This document shows, in pieces, positions 38,803-48,459 of a DNA stretch of 64,000 bases. Location: assembly GCA_021201235.1 (NCBI GenBank), contig JAJQFI010000024.1:266657-330656 (forward strand), in the 5' to 3' direction. The stretch comes from Oscillospiraceae bacterium. Its GTDB lineage: Bacteria; Bacillota; Clostridia; Oscillospirales; Ruminococcaceae. Each line of letters opens with the position of its first letter. Position 1 is the stretch's first letter. The notes beneath the pieces are model-generated. The model made no database searches, was not told the DNA's origin, and saw only the letters and a program-made list of their open reading frames with translations. A program made the position numbers and the translations under genes.

Positions 38803-40794
38803 ATGCGGCACGAGGCGGGGTTGGCTGCCGGTGGTGCGCTGGTGGGACTGCTCTTTTGTTTTTATGCCTCTTTCCCGGCTCGGATTGCGCTTATCGCCGT
38901 GGCGGCGGTGCTTTTCGTCGCCGGTTTGTTTGCTTTGTCGGGAAAACTTTGTCGGGCGGTTTCAACCGCTCTTTTATTTTTACTGATTTTCAGTATCTAC
39001 GGCACCGTCTGGTTCTATATGCGTGTCGACCGCCTTACGGCTCTTTCGGGCGAAACGGTCACCGTTTCGGGAATCGTCACCGACTGCTCGGACAGCGACA
39101 CCGCCGAAGTCACCATAAGCGGCAACATCGGCGGGATCCGAGGCAAGGTGATTGTTTACTTAAACGGCGCCAACATCTCCTCGGGCGACAGGGTTTCGTT
39201 CGAGGCTACCGTCTCGGAGCTCACCGACAGCGCGAGCTTCAACGCGAAATCCTATTACTACCCGAAGGGCATCTTCGTCCGTTGCTCGCAGGCGGGAAGC
39301 GTCACGGTCACCAAGGCGACCGGCATTTACAAGCTCTACGGCGAGATAAGGGGTTTCCGGGAACAGCTGACCACCACCTTCTGCTCCTACGTCGGGCTCG
39401 ACGAGGGTCAGCTTCTTTCGAGCATGCTCTGCGGGACGAGCGACAGCCTCGACAGTGGCGTAAAGTCTTCCCTCAACCGAAGCGGCATCGGGCATCTGCT
39501 GGCGGTTTCGGGGCTTCACGTCAGCATAATAGCCGCACTGGTCGCATTCTTGCTGAAGCTCCTTCGGGTGCCGAAAGCCGTGACTTTTGCAATATCCGAA
39601 GCTATCATGGCGCTATTCGTCGTCTTCTCGGGGATGAGAATCTCGGCGGTGCGGGCGTTCATCATGATGACGATATTCCTGCTTGCGTCAATCGTCCGGC
39701 GGGAGTATGACGCCGAATCGTCGCTCGGGGTCACGATACTCATAATGCTCATAGCTTCGCCCTACAGCGTCGCTGACGGCTCTTTCCTGTTGTCGATTGC
39801 GGGAGTTTTCGGAATTTGCATCGTCGAGCCTGCCGTATCAAAGGCGTTCGGAGTCAAGGGAAAGCTCGGAAGAACCGCCATGTCCGCAGTTTGCGTCTAC
39901 CTCTGCGTTATGCCTGTTTCGGTGTTCGTCTTTGACGAGATTTCCCTCGTCTCGATTATAACAAACATAGTTCTGACACCGTTCTGCACCGTCGCACTCG
40001 TTCTGTCGCTCATATTTGCGGCTTGCGGAGTTCCTGCGGCGTTGTCACCTCTCATCGAGATTGCCGGAGTCATCGCCCGATGGGTGATAAGAATCTGCGA
40101 ATGGATTTCCGACCTCGGCTTTACCTACATCCCGATAAAATATGCCGCCGTGCCGATTATAGTAATCGCACTGACGGCGGCTGTGGTTCTTGTCCTGATT
40201 GCGACGAAGAGCGTCCGCAAGGCAACTTTCTCGGCTCTCGGGGCGTTCGCTGTGACGGTTGCCGTTGTCTTCTGCATGAACTTCTACGACATGAATGCAA
40301 CGCACCTCAAGATAATCTCCGACGGCGACGGGTATCTTCTCGTGGTAACTCAAGGCGGCAAGTGCATCGCCATCGACTCGGACGGCTCCTATTCAACCGA
40401 CTTCGGCTATTTTCTCCGTGAGGAGGGCTTGACCGCCGTCGACGCCGTCGCTATTCTTGAGAACGGCACAGCGAACTATTCCAAATATTTAAGTGCGTCG
40501 GTCACTCCCAACATGATTCTCTTCGACACGAGCGCGTCGACGCACAGTAATTCCGACACCGAGCTCCACAAGCTCACCGACGGGACGATTCTAAGCCTCG
40601 GCGACGCTGAGATTGAGCTTTCGGGCGGTTGCGCCTTTGTCAATATCGGCGACAAGTCGGTTGTCATCACCGAGTCGGAAACCCCGCAGGATGGGTATTA
40701 TATCTATATTTCGGACGGCGTGTGCGTGACGAATCTGTTTGGGGAGATAATGGTGGCGAGGGATGGCACGGAGATAACATTGTCCGATAGATAA
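38803..40794 (+). CDS. comEC: ComEC/Rec2-family DNA internalization channel protein
   Basis: Competence domain ..RSGIGHLLAVSGLHVSII..; polytopic; 663 aa. The C-terminal domain lacks an HxHxDH motif. Confidence 0.85.
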   Translation: MRHEAGLAAGGALVGLLFCFYASFPARIALIAVAAVLFVAGLFALSGKLCRAVSTALLFLLIFSIYGTVWFYMRVDRLTALSGETVTVSGIVTDCSDSDTAEVTISGNIGGIRGKVIVYLNGANISSGDRVSFEATVSELTDSASFNAKSYYYPKGIFVRCSQAGSVTVTKATGIYKLYGEIRGFREQLTTTFCSYVGLDEGQLLSSMLCGTSDSLDSGVKSSLNRSGIGHLLAVSGLHVSIIAALVAFLLKLLRVPKAVTFAISEAIMALFVVFSGMRISAVRAFIMMTIFLLASIVRREYDAESSLGVTILIMLIASPYSVADGSFLLSIAGVFGICIVEPAVSKAFGVKGKLGRTAMSAVCVYLCVMPVSVFVFDEISLVSIITNIVLTPFCTVALVLSLIFAACGVPAALSPLIEIAGVIARWVIRICEWISDLGFTYIPIKYAAVPIIVIALTAAVVLVLIATKSVRKATFSALGAFAVTVAVVFCMNFYDMNATHLKIISDGDGYLLVVTQGGKCIAIDSDGSYSTDFGYFLREEGLTAVDAVAILENGTANYSKYLSASVTPNMILFDTSASTHSNSDTELHKLTDGTILSLGDAEIELSGGCAFVNIGDKSVVITESETPQDGYYIYISDGVCVTNLFGEIMVARDGTEITLSDR

Positions 40795-40799
40795 GAAAA

Positions 40800-40826
40800 G
40801 CGGAGCAAAACTGCTCCGCTGTTTTT
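40800..40826. terminator. Bidirectional terminator (comEC / LTA-synthase-like gene)
   Basis: GCGGAGCA-aaac-TGCTCCGC followed by TGTTTTT. Confidence 0.75.
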
Positions 40827-40831
40827 ATGCC

Positions 40832-42790
40832 TTATCCGCCCGTCCCATTCTTCAACGTATAATACGTCAGATAATTATACATATTCAGCACTTCGTCGTC
40901 ATAGGTCTCTTCCCTGTTATTCCACATGTTATACTGATCAAAGTAACCCCATGTGTTCATGGCGGAGGCGATTTCGGAGGCATCCTCAATCAACTGATAC
41001 TCAGCCGAAAGCGGTACGCCGGCATACTCGAGAGTGAGGAGGCTCAGATAGTTCGCGCTGACTATTCCCAAGTTGTCGTCGCCGATGTCATAGTTCGCCC
41101 AGATGACGAACGGGGTCTCATAACGGGTAAGGAAGCCGTTGACGGTGGTGTTGCGGTTTGGGGCGATTTCGTCGAAGAATTCCGTCTCGAGGTTCGGCTG
41201 ATGGTCGCCGAAGAAGACTATTATCGTCTTTTCGTCGACGCCCTCAAAGTAGGTTATAAGCTCCTCCAAAGCCTCGTCGGAGGCTTTTATCAGTGAGAGA
41301 TACTGCTCGGTTCTCGGGTAGTCTCCGTCGGTGCTTGTCAGGTGGACGGTCGTCTCGAAGTCGTCGCCGTCGTATTCATAGCCCGAGTGGTTCTGAACCG
41401 TCACGCCGAAGATGAAGATGCGATCCGAGGTCTTGTTCTCGTACTGCTCGATAATTTGTTTATAGAAATAGCTGTCGCTGATGAGGGTTCTTAAGTATTC
41501 GACGTCGTCACCGAAGCCCTTCTCCCAACGGGAGACGCTGACGTACTTCGCCTGATAGTCGGTCATGTCCTCACCACTGACGAAGTCGTCAAAGCCCATC
41601 CACGCATAGACGAGGTTCCTTCTCCAACAGATTTCATAGAACGGGTGCATCGCGACCGTTTCATAGCCGTACTCTTCAAGATATGTCGCCATCGAGGGGA
41701 TGTCCTGCGTGATATGCTGGAGATAGACATAGCTGCCGTTCGGCATGTACATCATCGAAAGCCCCGTCAGGAATTCAAACTCGGTGTTGCAGGTTCCTCC
41801 GCCGAGGACGGAGACAAGCACTCTGCCGTGCGGATAGTCGTCGATAAGCGATTCGAAATAGGAATTATAGCTCTCGTCCGTCTTAAACTTGCCGACGTAG
41901 CTTAAATCCGAATAGCTCTCGTTCATGATGACGATGATGTTCGGGAGGTCGTCTAAGTCCCCCGTGAGCTCTTCGTCGGTATACTGCGAAAGATACTGCA
42001 AAAGCGCCTCTTCCGAATAGCCCTCCGGCTCGTCAAACTGCATCTTGCGGCAGTTTATGTAGAAGTTAAGGGCGATGCCGTTGACGTTGTTGGTCGACTC
42101 GGTGTCGAAGGTCGAAGTCGAGAACGAAGTGTAGTCGATTCCCCAGATAAAGAGAACTCCTGCCGCAGTCAGAGCAAGCGAAGCGATTCCCGCACCGGCT
42201 CTGACGAATTTTTTCGGGTATGTAATCTTACATTTCATTGCGATTGCGATCAAGAGCACGCTTGCCGCCGTTCCTATCAGCATGTTCGAGTCGAAATGCC
42301 AGTCGTCCGGCTTCGTGACGCTCATTGCGGTCTGGATTGCGTATAAATCTGTCGGCACAAGAGGCGTGCCGCGAATTTCCAAAATAATCTGGTTCGCGAT
42401 ATGCAAAACATAGCTCACGCCGACCATCGCCGTGACGGAAACCCGCACCGATTGCGTCAGCGTAAAGACCGCCACCTGCAGAACGGCGTAGAATATGAGG
42501 TTGTCAAAATAGATGTAATCGGCATAGACTCCCGCCCCTACGATGACTCTGACCGTTTCGAAGCAAAGAACCGGTGCCAATATGAAGAAGACGATTGACA
42601 GAATGCTTCTTGCTTTGTCGGATATTTTGAAATCCACAAGAAGCATGAAAAGCATAAGCAGGTAAACGCATACGAACTTCAGAAGCGAAGAAAAATCAAA
42701 TGACGAATAATTTACGAGTGCCAGTGTGAGTACAGCCAATGCCACGACAATGCCGAAGATGAGCCGCTTTGTTTGCTTGAATCTGATCAT
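40832..42790 (-). CDS. LTA synthase-family (sulfatase-domain) membrane protein
   Basis: N-terminal multi-TM region plus an extracellular sulfatase domain (..PNIIVIMNESYSD.., ..FFGDHQP..). Confidence 0.8.
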   Translation of the reverse strand: MIRFKQTKRLIFGIVVALAVLTLALVNYSSFDFSSLLKFVCVYLLMLFMLLVDFKISDKARSILSIVFFILAPVLCFETVRVIVGAGVYADYIYFDNLIFYAVLQVAVFTLTQSVRVSVTAMVGVSYVLHIANQIILEIRGTPLVPTDLYAIQTAMSVTKPDDWHFDSNMLIGTAASVLLIAIAMKCKITYPKKFVRAGAGIASLALTAAGVLFIWGIDYTSFSTSTFDTESTNNVNGIALNFYINCRKMQFDEPEGYSEEALLQYLSQYTDEELTGDLDDLPNIIVIMNESYSDLSYVGKFKTDESYNSYFESLIDDYPHGRVLVSVLGGGTCNTEFEFLTGLSMMYMPNGSYVYLQHITQDIPSMATYLEEYGYETVAMHPFYEICWRRNLVYAWMGFDDFVSGEDMTDYQAKYVSVSRWEKGFGDDVEYLRTLISDSYFYKQIIEQYENKTSDRIFIFGVTVQNHSGYEYDGDDFETTVHLTSTDGDYPRTEQYLSLIKASDEALEELITYFEGVDEKTIIVFFGDHQPNLETEFFDEIAPNRNTTVNGFLTRYETPFVIWANYDIGDDNLGIVSANYLSLLTLEYAGVPLSAEYQLIEDASEIASAMNTWGYFDQYNMWNNREETYDDEVLNMYNYLTYYTLKNGTGG

Positions 42791-42835
42791 TGAAATCTCC
42801 GTTTCAGAAAGGGTTTTGCGGGAAGACCGGTTGCA

Positions 42836-45250
42836 TCAGTCTTCAATTTTTTCAAAGTTTGCGGTGAAACCGCAGGTCGAATTAGGGGTTACCTTTATGG
42901 ATGCCGACGTGCCCGTGTAGGAGCCCGTCCAGCCGGTGAATTCATAGCCCTCGTCGGCTACGGCTGTTATCTTAATCGTATAACCGGGGATGAAATAGCC
43001 GTACCAGTCGCCGTCTTCGTCGAGTGTTAGCTCCAAGCCCTCGATATAGACCGAGCCGCCCTCGCCGTCCCAGACGGAAACCCGAACACGCTTCGTTTTG
43101 TTCGAGATGCCGAGGTCGTTTTTAAGAATGGTGAGATAGTAGTCCTCGCGGTTCTCGAGCCATTTCTTCCAGCCCTTGACGTTATTCTTGATTCCATTTA
43201 AGCTCTGCCAACCGATATAGCGCTTGAAGTGCTGTTCGAGATAGGGCGAATATTCGTCATAGTATTCATCCAAGGCTTCCGAAGCGGTCTCCGAATCAAA
43301 GGCGATATTTGCCGTCTTCTCCATCGCGACGACGAACATCTCAAGGAAGTCGTCGTTGTCAAGAAGCGACGAGAGCATTCCCGCAAAGTAACCGTCGCCC
43401 GAGAGGAGGCTCGCAAGATTGTCGAGCTTATAATCATCGCCGGCGTTGTATAAATCCATCGAGTACTCGGTGTCATAGAGCATAAACCGCCACTTGCCGT
43501 CCTGATATTCGGAATCAATCTGGTCGGTTGAACGTGACCGCCAGCAAGCCCAGTTGCCCCAGAGCCAGTCCTGATTTCCGATGTAGATTTCAACCGCCAT
43601 ATAGTCCGCAAAGCTCGACATGTCGAAGAGCTCGCAGGCTTCTGCATAGTACTTCTCATTGCTCATGTCGTGACTTGTTATATATTTGATTGCGTCACTG
43701 AGAAGGCTTTCCTCGCCGTCCTCGCCCTCTTCAAGCTCGCCCGCCTTGACCATGATAACGTCGTCCGAAGGCACGCCATAGTGGGATTCGACATAGTTGT
43801 CGTCATAAATTTCGTTTAAGGTGTAGACGCCCCAGTATTCGCCGTTCAGGAAGCAGATAACGAGCTCATCCGCCTGAGTGGCGAAGTTGAAGCCGGTGAC
43901 GAGCGACTGCGTCCAGGCGTCCTTGAACTTCAGGCTGAAGCTGTCGTTGCCGCCGTTACGGATAACGAACTTGCGGTAGCTCACGATTTCCGAGCCGCTG
44001 TATTCGGCGGTGTTATCCTCGAACAGGTCATACTCGAGTGCCGAGTCGCCGTATTCCGAGCGCATGTAGAACTTGAGGCTCTTCTGCTGACTGTTTCGGC
44101 TCCATCCGCCGTGGATTCGGACTCCACAGTCGACCGAGAAGGACAGAGCGGTTTCCTCGAAGTAGTCGATGTGTGCGTCCCTCTCCCATTCGCTTCCACG
44201 CTGATTGAAGTTGGCGGGAGTGCTTCCGTCAAGCGAGCCGGTCGGATTCGACTTTCTCCATTCGGAGAAGACGTTTCCCGCAACATAGATTCCCGTCTCG
44301 TCGTCATAAAGGTCGTCGGGGTCGATTACGACCGAGATAACCGAAACATTATCGTACTTTTCGGAGATGTCCTCGCCGATGAAATATGTAGCGGTCGCAA
44401 CGTCGCTTTGGTTGCCGCTCGAGTCGACTGCTATCGCACGGATGACAGTCCCCTGCTCGAACTTGGTCGACGGGAAGAACTCTGATGAAGAGTCGACCGT
44501 CGTGCCCTTTTCAAACATATAGACGGCTTTCTCATTCGAGCGGTCTTTTATACTGATTGAACCTGTATATTTTGTGGAAGAAGTCGTCGGAACACTTCCG
44601 TCGGTGGTATAATATATTGTAGTGCCGGAGTCGGCTGTTATTGTCAATTTAAAACTGCTGTCGTAGAACCCGCTGTCCTTTGAGAACGTGGGAGAAGATA
44701 TAATCTTCGTGGCGCTCGCATTCGACTTCCCGGGCGTCGCCGTCAGGATTTCGAAATCACCCGTGCCGTTCGGATATCTGCCATAGGTCAGATTCGTTTT
44801 GACGTCGGGGAGCTCGACGCTGTCGATAAGCGTGCCGTCGGAAGCCGTAAGATATACCGTTTCGCTTCCACCGGAAAGCTTGAAATTGGTGTGAAGCTCG
44901 CCGTTTTCGGTCGTATCCTTGCCGGAGCAGTAAATAATAAGGTAGCTTTTTGCTTTGATTGTGACGTCCGGAAGCGTCCACTTGAAGGGCTTCTTTTTAC
45001 TGTCGGAGATTCCGACGCCCTTGAGGCTTACCGCCTTGGTGGTCGGATTATAAATCTCAATCCAGTCGGGGCTGTCGCCGTCGGAATCCTCGAGGCTTTC
45101 CGAATTATCGGAGCATACTTCATTAATGACAAGAGCATAGACCCCGCTTTTTGCCGCAAAACTTTCGAGCGTGAAAGTATTGACAGAAAGCAAAAAAATC
45201 AGTATCATTATAAGTAGAAATTTGAAGGGTCGTATAAGGCGCTTTGTCAT
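42836..45250 (-). CDS. Secreted CotH kinase-family protein with N-terminal lamin-tail domain
   Basis: Signal peptide. LTD (..LVINEVCSDN..DWIEIYNPT..). CotH-like core (..FVIRNGGNDSFSLKFKDAW..). C-terminal repeat ..EGYEFTGWTG.. Confidence 0.7.
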   Translation of the reverse strand: MTKRLIRPFKFLLIMILIFLLSVNTFTLESFAAKSGVYALVINEVCSDNSESLEDSDGDSPDWIEIYNPTTKAVSLKGVGISDSKKKPFKWTLPDVTIKAKSYLIIYCSGKDTTENGELHTNFKLSGGSETVYLTASDGTLIDSVELPDVKTNLTYGRYPNGTGDFEILTATPGKSNASATKIISSPTFSKDSGFYDSSFKLTITADSGTTIYYTTDGSVPTTSSTKYTGSISIKDRSNEKAVYMFEKGTTVDSSSEFFPSTKFEQGTVIRAIAVDSSGNQSDVATATYFIGEDISEKYDNVSVISVVIDPDDLYDDETGIYVAGNVFSEWRKSNPTGSLDGSTPANFNQRGSEWERDAHIDYFEETALSFSVDCGVRIHGGWSRNSQQKSLKFYMRSEYGDSALEYDLFEDNTAEYSGSEIVSYRKFVIRNGGNDSFSLKFKDAWTQSLVTGFNFATQADELVICFLNGEYWGVYTLNEIYDDNYVESHYGVPSDDVIMVKAGELEEGEDGEESLLSDAIKYITSHDMSNEKYYAEACELFDMSSFADYMAVEIYIGNQDWLWGNWACWRSRSTDQIDSEYQDGKWRFMLYDTEYSMDLYNAGDDYKLDNLASLLSGDGYFAGMLSSLLDNDDFLEMFVVAMEKTANIAFDSETASEALDEYYDEYSPYLEQHFKRYIGWQSLNGIKNNVKGWKKWLENREDYYLTILKNDLGISNKTKRVRVSVWDGEGGSVYIEGLELTLDEDGDWYGYFIPGYTIKITAVADEGYEFTGWTGSYTGTSASIKVTPNSTCGFTANFEKIED

Positions 45251-45371
45251 AATAAGGTACCTCCCGGCGTTTTTCTTAACGCAAAATAAACCTACGTTAA
45301 AGTTCTATTATACAGTATAGCGAGACACTTTGCAAGTGAAATCGCGCAATTCACTCAGAAAGGCAATTCCA

Positions 45372-46247
45372 ATGAACACTAAGAAAAAAATCAGTTCCTA
45401 CATCTATCAATACACTCTCATCGCCATCGGGTCGGTTATTTATGCCGTGTCGGTCAGCCTGTTTTTAGACCCTAACGGGATTGTCCCGGGAGGGTTCACG
45501 GGTATCGCGATGATTATCGGAAACTTCATCCCCTCGGTGCAAACTGGTACAATCGTCCTGATTCTCAACATCCCTATCCTGGCGGTCGGAATATGGAAGT
45601 TCGGGGTGAAGTTCCTCGGCTCCACCGTCTTCTCGGTCGTTCTGTCGTCTGTCGTGATGAATATCCTCGAGCCCTTCGGCGCTCTGACGGAGGACCCGCT
45701 ACTCTGCTGTGTTGCGGGCGGATGCCTGATGGCAATCGGGCTACAGCTCGTCATGATGCAGGGCGCAACCACCGGCGGCACTGACATCATCGTCAAGCTT
45801 CTTAGCAAAAAATTCACCGCCATTTCTGGCGGCTCACTGTTTCTTATGGTCGACGGTGCGGTCGTGCTCCTTGCAATCATCACCACCGGCAACATCGACA
45901 AGGGTCTCTATGCGGCTCTCTGCATCATAATCTCGTCGGTCGTCACAAACTTAATCTTGAACGGCACCAACGAAGCAAAACTCTTGATCGTCATCAGCGA
46001 CTTCTCGGACAAAATCACCGCCCGACTCATGCAGGAGCTCGACGTCGGCGTCACGCTTCTTGAAGGCAACGGTGCATACTCCCAGAATGCGAAGCGCGTC
46101 ATCATCTGCGTCGTCAAGAAGTCGGTCATGTCGAAAGCCCTGAAAATAGTAAAAGCCGAAGATGACAGCTCGTTTACTATCGTGACAACGGCGAATGAAG
46201 TATTCGGAGAGGGGTATAAACTGCATGGAGGGGATAATTGGAATTAA
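45372..46247 (+). CDS. YitT-family membrane protein (DUF161 x2 + DUF2179)
   Basis: Start at MNTKKKISSY. Contains ..YAVSVSLFLDPNGIVPGGFTGIAMI.. Confidence 0.8.
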   Translation: MNTKKKISSYIYQYTLIAIGSVIYAVSVSLFLDPNGIVPGGFTGIAMIIGNFIPSVQTGTIVLILNIPILAVGIWKFGVKFLGSTVFSVVLSSVVMNILEPFGALTEDPLLCCVAGGCLMAIGLQLVMMQGATTGGTDIIVKLLSKKFTAISGGSLFLMVDGAVVLLAIITTGNIDKGLYAALCIIISSVVTNLILNGTNEAKLLIVISDFSDKITARLMQELDVGVTLLEGNGAYSQNAKRVIICVVKKSVMSKALKIVKAEDDSSFTIVTTANEVFGEGYKLHGGDNWN

Positions 46248-46262
46248 GCGCCCCTACGGGTC

Positions 46263-46394
46263 GCACCCCTCAGTCGCCTTCGGCGCCAGCTCCCCTTAAC
46301 AGGGGAGCCATTTTCATTCTATATAACTTTTGTGAGAACACAAAAAGCCTCCCCTGTCAAGGGGAGGGGACCGGCGAAGCCGGTGGAGGGGTGC
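46263..46394. repeat. Inverted pair of about 46-nt GC-rich multi-hairpin repeats around an AT-rich spacer (REP/MITE-like)
   Basis: Left arm 46263-46308 gcacccctcagtcgccttcggcgccagctccccttaacaggggagc. Right arm 46348-46394 is an imperfect reverse complement (cctcccctgtcaaggggaggggaccggcgaagccggtggaggggtgc). Confidence 0.75.
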
Positions 46395-46419
46395 TGATTT
46401 CGGCTTTGCCGAAATCAGC
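46393..46419. terminator. 12-bp perfect hairpin; plus-strand terminator after yitT
   Basis: GCTGATTTCGGC-ttt-GCCGAAATCAGC followed by CCTTTTG. The stop codon of the minus-strand kinase-like gene (46415-46417) lies inside the stem. Confidence 0.6.
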
Positions 46420-47035
46420 CCTTTTGCGAATTGAACCAATTCTCAATATACGCCGCAATATACGGAATCGCGGTGGCTACGTCGATGCCGGTGGTGTTGA
46501 GGCAGAGGTTATAGCCCCTGCGGTCGCCCCATGGGTAATGTGCAAGTACACCGTGGCTCGCGGCACGGTCCTTGTCTATCTTTTTAATCGACTTCTCGAG
46601 CGCCTTGTCGGTCATGTTTTCGCCCGCTCTGGCACGGGAACGGCATCTTGCGAGCTTCGACTCCATGTCGGCATAGACGAAGAGCTTGAAGGGGTTCTTG
46701 TCCTCAAGTATCACGTCCGCACCGCGTCCGACTATGACGCAGTTGCCCTTCGAGGCGAGCTCCTCGATTACTTCGTGCTGATGGGAAATCAGGTTCGGAG
46801 TTACGGTTGTAACGGACGGAATATATGAGAAGGTGTGCGAGATGGTCATGGGATAATTAAACCTCATCCCGCCCTCAACGGCTCTCTCGACATACTCCTC
46901 GTCAAAGGAGCTCTTCTCGGCAATCGCGGTGATAATCTCCCTGTCGTAGTAGGCGAAGCCGAGCTCATCCGCAAGACGCTTGCCGACCTTTCTTCCGCCG
47001 CTGCCGAATTCTCTGCTAACGGTTATAATCCTCAT
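46415..47035 (-). CDS. Cytidylate kinase-like family protein
   Basis: Start at MRIITVSREFGSGGRKVGKRLADELG (P-loop-like GSGG). Confidence 0.7.
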   Translation of the reverse strand: MRIITVSREFGSGGRKVGKRLADELGFAYYDREIITAIAEKSSFDEEYVERAVEGGMRFNYPMTISHTFSYIPSVTTVTPNLISHQHEVIEELASKGNCVIVGRGADVILEDKNPFKLFVYADMESKLARCRSRARAGENMTDKALEKSIKKIDKDRAASHGVLAHYPWGDRRGYNLCLNTTGIDVATAIPYIAAYIENWFNSQKG

Positions 47036-47120
47036 AATCACGTCATCCTTTCTCATAAGAAAATTTTATGAAAACGGTCTTCCGTCAGGCGTGAAGCCGA
47101 TTCGTACAACCGATTTTCTC

Positions 47121-48392
47121 TTATTCTGTCGGGTTATCCACAACTCCCATAAAGAGCGGGATGCCCGTCTCGCTGTCATAAACAGCATAGAAGAAGCTTT
47201 GGTCGAACCTGATAACCTCGGGATAGGTTATCGCCGCTCCATCCAGTATCTCCGCAGTAACAGCCGCCGCCTTGGTTCCCCAGACGTCAACTTCTATTAC
47301 CGCCTTCTGGATGGTCTTGCTTAAGAATATTCCCTCACCGAAATTATCAAAGCCGCCGGAGTAAACCGCACTCAATCCAAGAGCTGTCAAAGCTTCATCG
47401 AGCTCATAGCTTGCTTCAATCTTGTATCTCGGAATGTGCATGTTGCACAAGCCGTTCTGAACGTTACTGAGAAGCTCATTGAACCTCTCTGCGGTCAAAC
47501 TATCAACAAAGTCGTCAATATCGCCGTCATCCGGCATCAGCGCCACGTACTTGAGTCTACCGTCGGCGTAATCCATGATAATGCCGGTCACGCCGTCGTA
47601 CTTAATGTAGTCGTAATTTTTCTCGGTTCCGAAGTACTCAGCCTGGACGACCTCGCCCGAAGAAGTGGTGAAGTCAGTCGTCCAGTAGCTTCCGAAGAAA
47701 TCAAATTGCCTTTCCCACTCGGCATCGAGTAAAAGCGCATTGACGAGAACCATCACCGTCGCATCGTCCAAGTTTTCGCTTAAAAAGCTCGGAATCAAGC
47801 CGTCGGTGCTGTCGGAAATCCAGCTGTTGATGTATTCCCTCGCCGCATCGGTTGAGAGGCGCATGATCTTGCACTCGGCTTCGTAGTATTTTTCGAGATT
47901 CGTCAGAGCCACGTCACTGCCGTCACTAAGCTCCATCCTGTCGTCGATAAAGACGCCGTTCGAGACGCTGAGGACGGTTGTCGAGTCATCCGAAAGTGCC
48001 GCATATTCCTGCATGATTTCGGAGCACCACGCCGCGGCTTCCTCGGCTGTCATGCCGAGAAGTCTCTGCAGCTCTTCAGCCGATTCATCGGTCGCACCGA
48101 GCGATAACATTCCCAAAGCGTAATAAGCCGACAAGGGCGAGAATACGCTGTTCTCTCCACTCTCCACTATCTCCGAAAAGATATTGAAGGCGAATTTCTG
48201 CACGACCTCATCGGCATCAAGACCGCTGTAGTCGATGTCAACGGAAACGTCGGTTGTGGCTTCGGTGGTCGCCTCTGTCACAGATGGCATTGTATCAACC
48301 GGATTGATGTCATCCTCCGCAGAGCTTCCGCATCCGCAGAGCATCGTCGCTCCCAAAATTATTGCCGTAAGTAATGCTGTTATTCTTTTCAT
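47121..48392 (-). CDS. Serpin-family protease inhibitor, lipoprotein
   Basis: Lipobox LCGC after the signal peptide. Serpin core. Reactive-centre-loop hinge GTKAAAVTAEILDGAAI followed by ..FDQSFFYAVYD..PLFMGVVDNP. Confidence 0.8.
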   Translation of the reverse strand: MKRITALLTAIILGATMLCGCGSSAEDDINPVDTMPSVTEATTEATTDVSVDIDYSGLDADEVVQKFAFNIFSEIVESGENSVFSPLSAYYALGMLSLGATDESAEELQRLLGMTAEEAAAWCSEIMQEYAALSDDSTTVLSVSNGVFIDDRMELSDGSDVALTNLEKYYEAECKIMRLSTDAAREYINSWISDSTDGLIPSFLSENLDDATVMVLVNALLLDAEWERQFDFFGSYWTTDFTTSSGEVVQAEYFGTEKNYDYIKYDGVTGIIMDYADGRLKYVALMPDDGDIDDFVDSLTAERFNELLSNVQNGLCNMHIPRYKIEASYELDEALTALGLSAVYSGGFDNFGEGIFLSKTIQKAVIEVDVWGTKAAAVTAEILDGAAITYPEVIRFDQSFFYAVYDSETGIPLFMGVVDNPTE

Positions 48393-48459
48393 GTAAATCT
48401 CTCCTTTTAGAGTATTTCTATTAGTAATACAAATCTGAGGGAGAAATTATTGCGTTATT

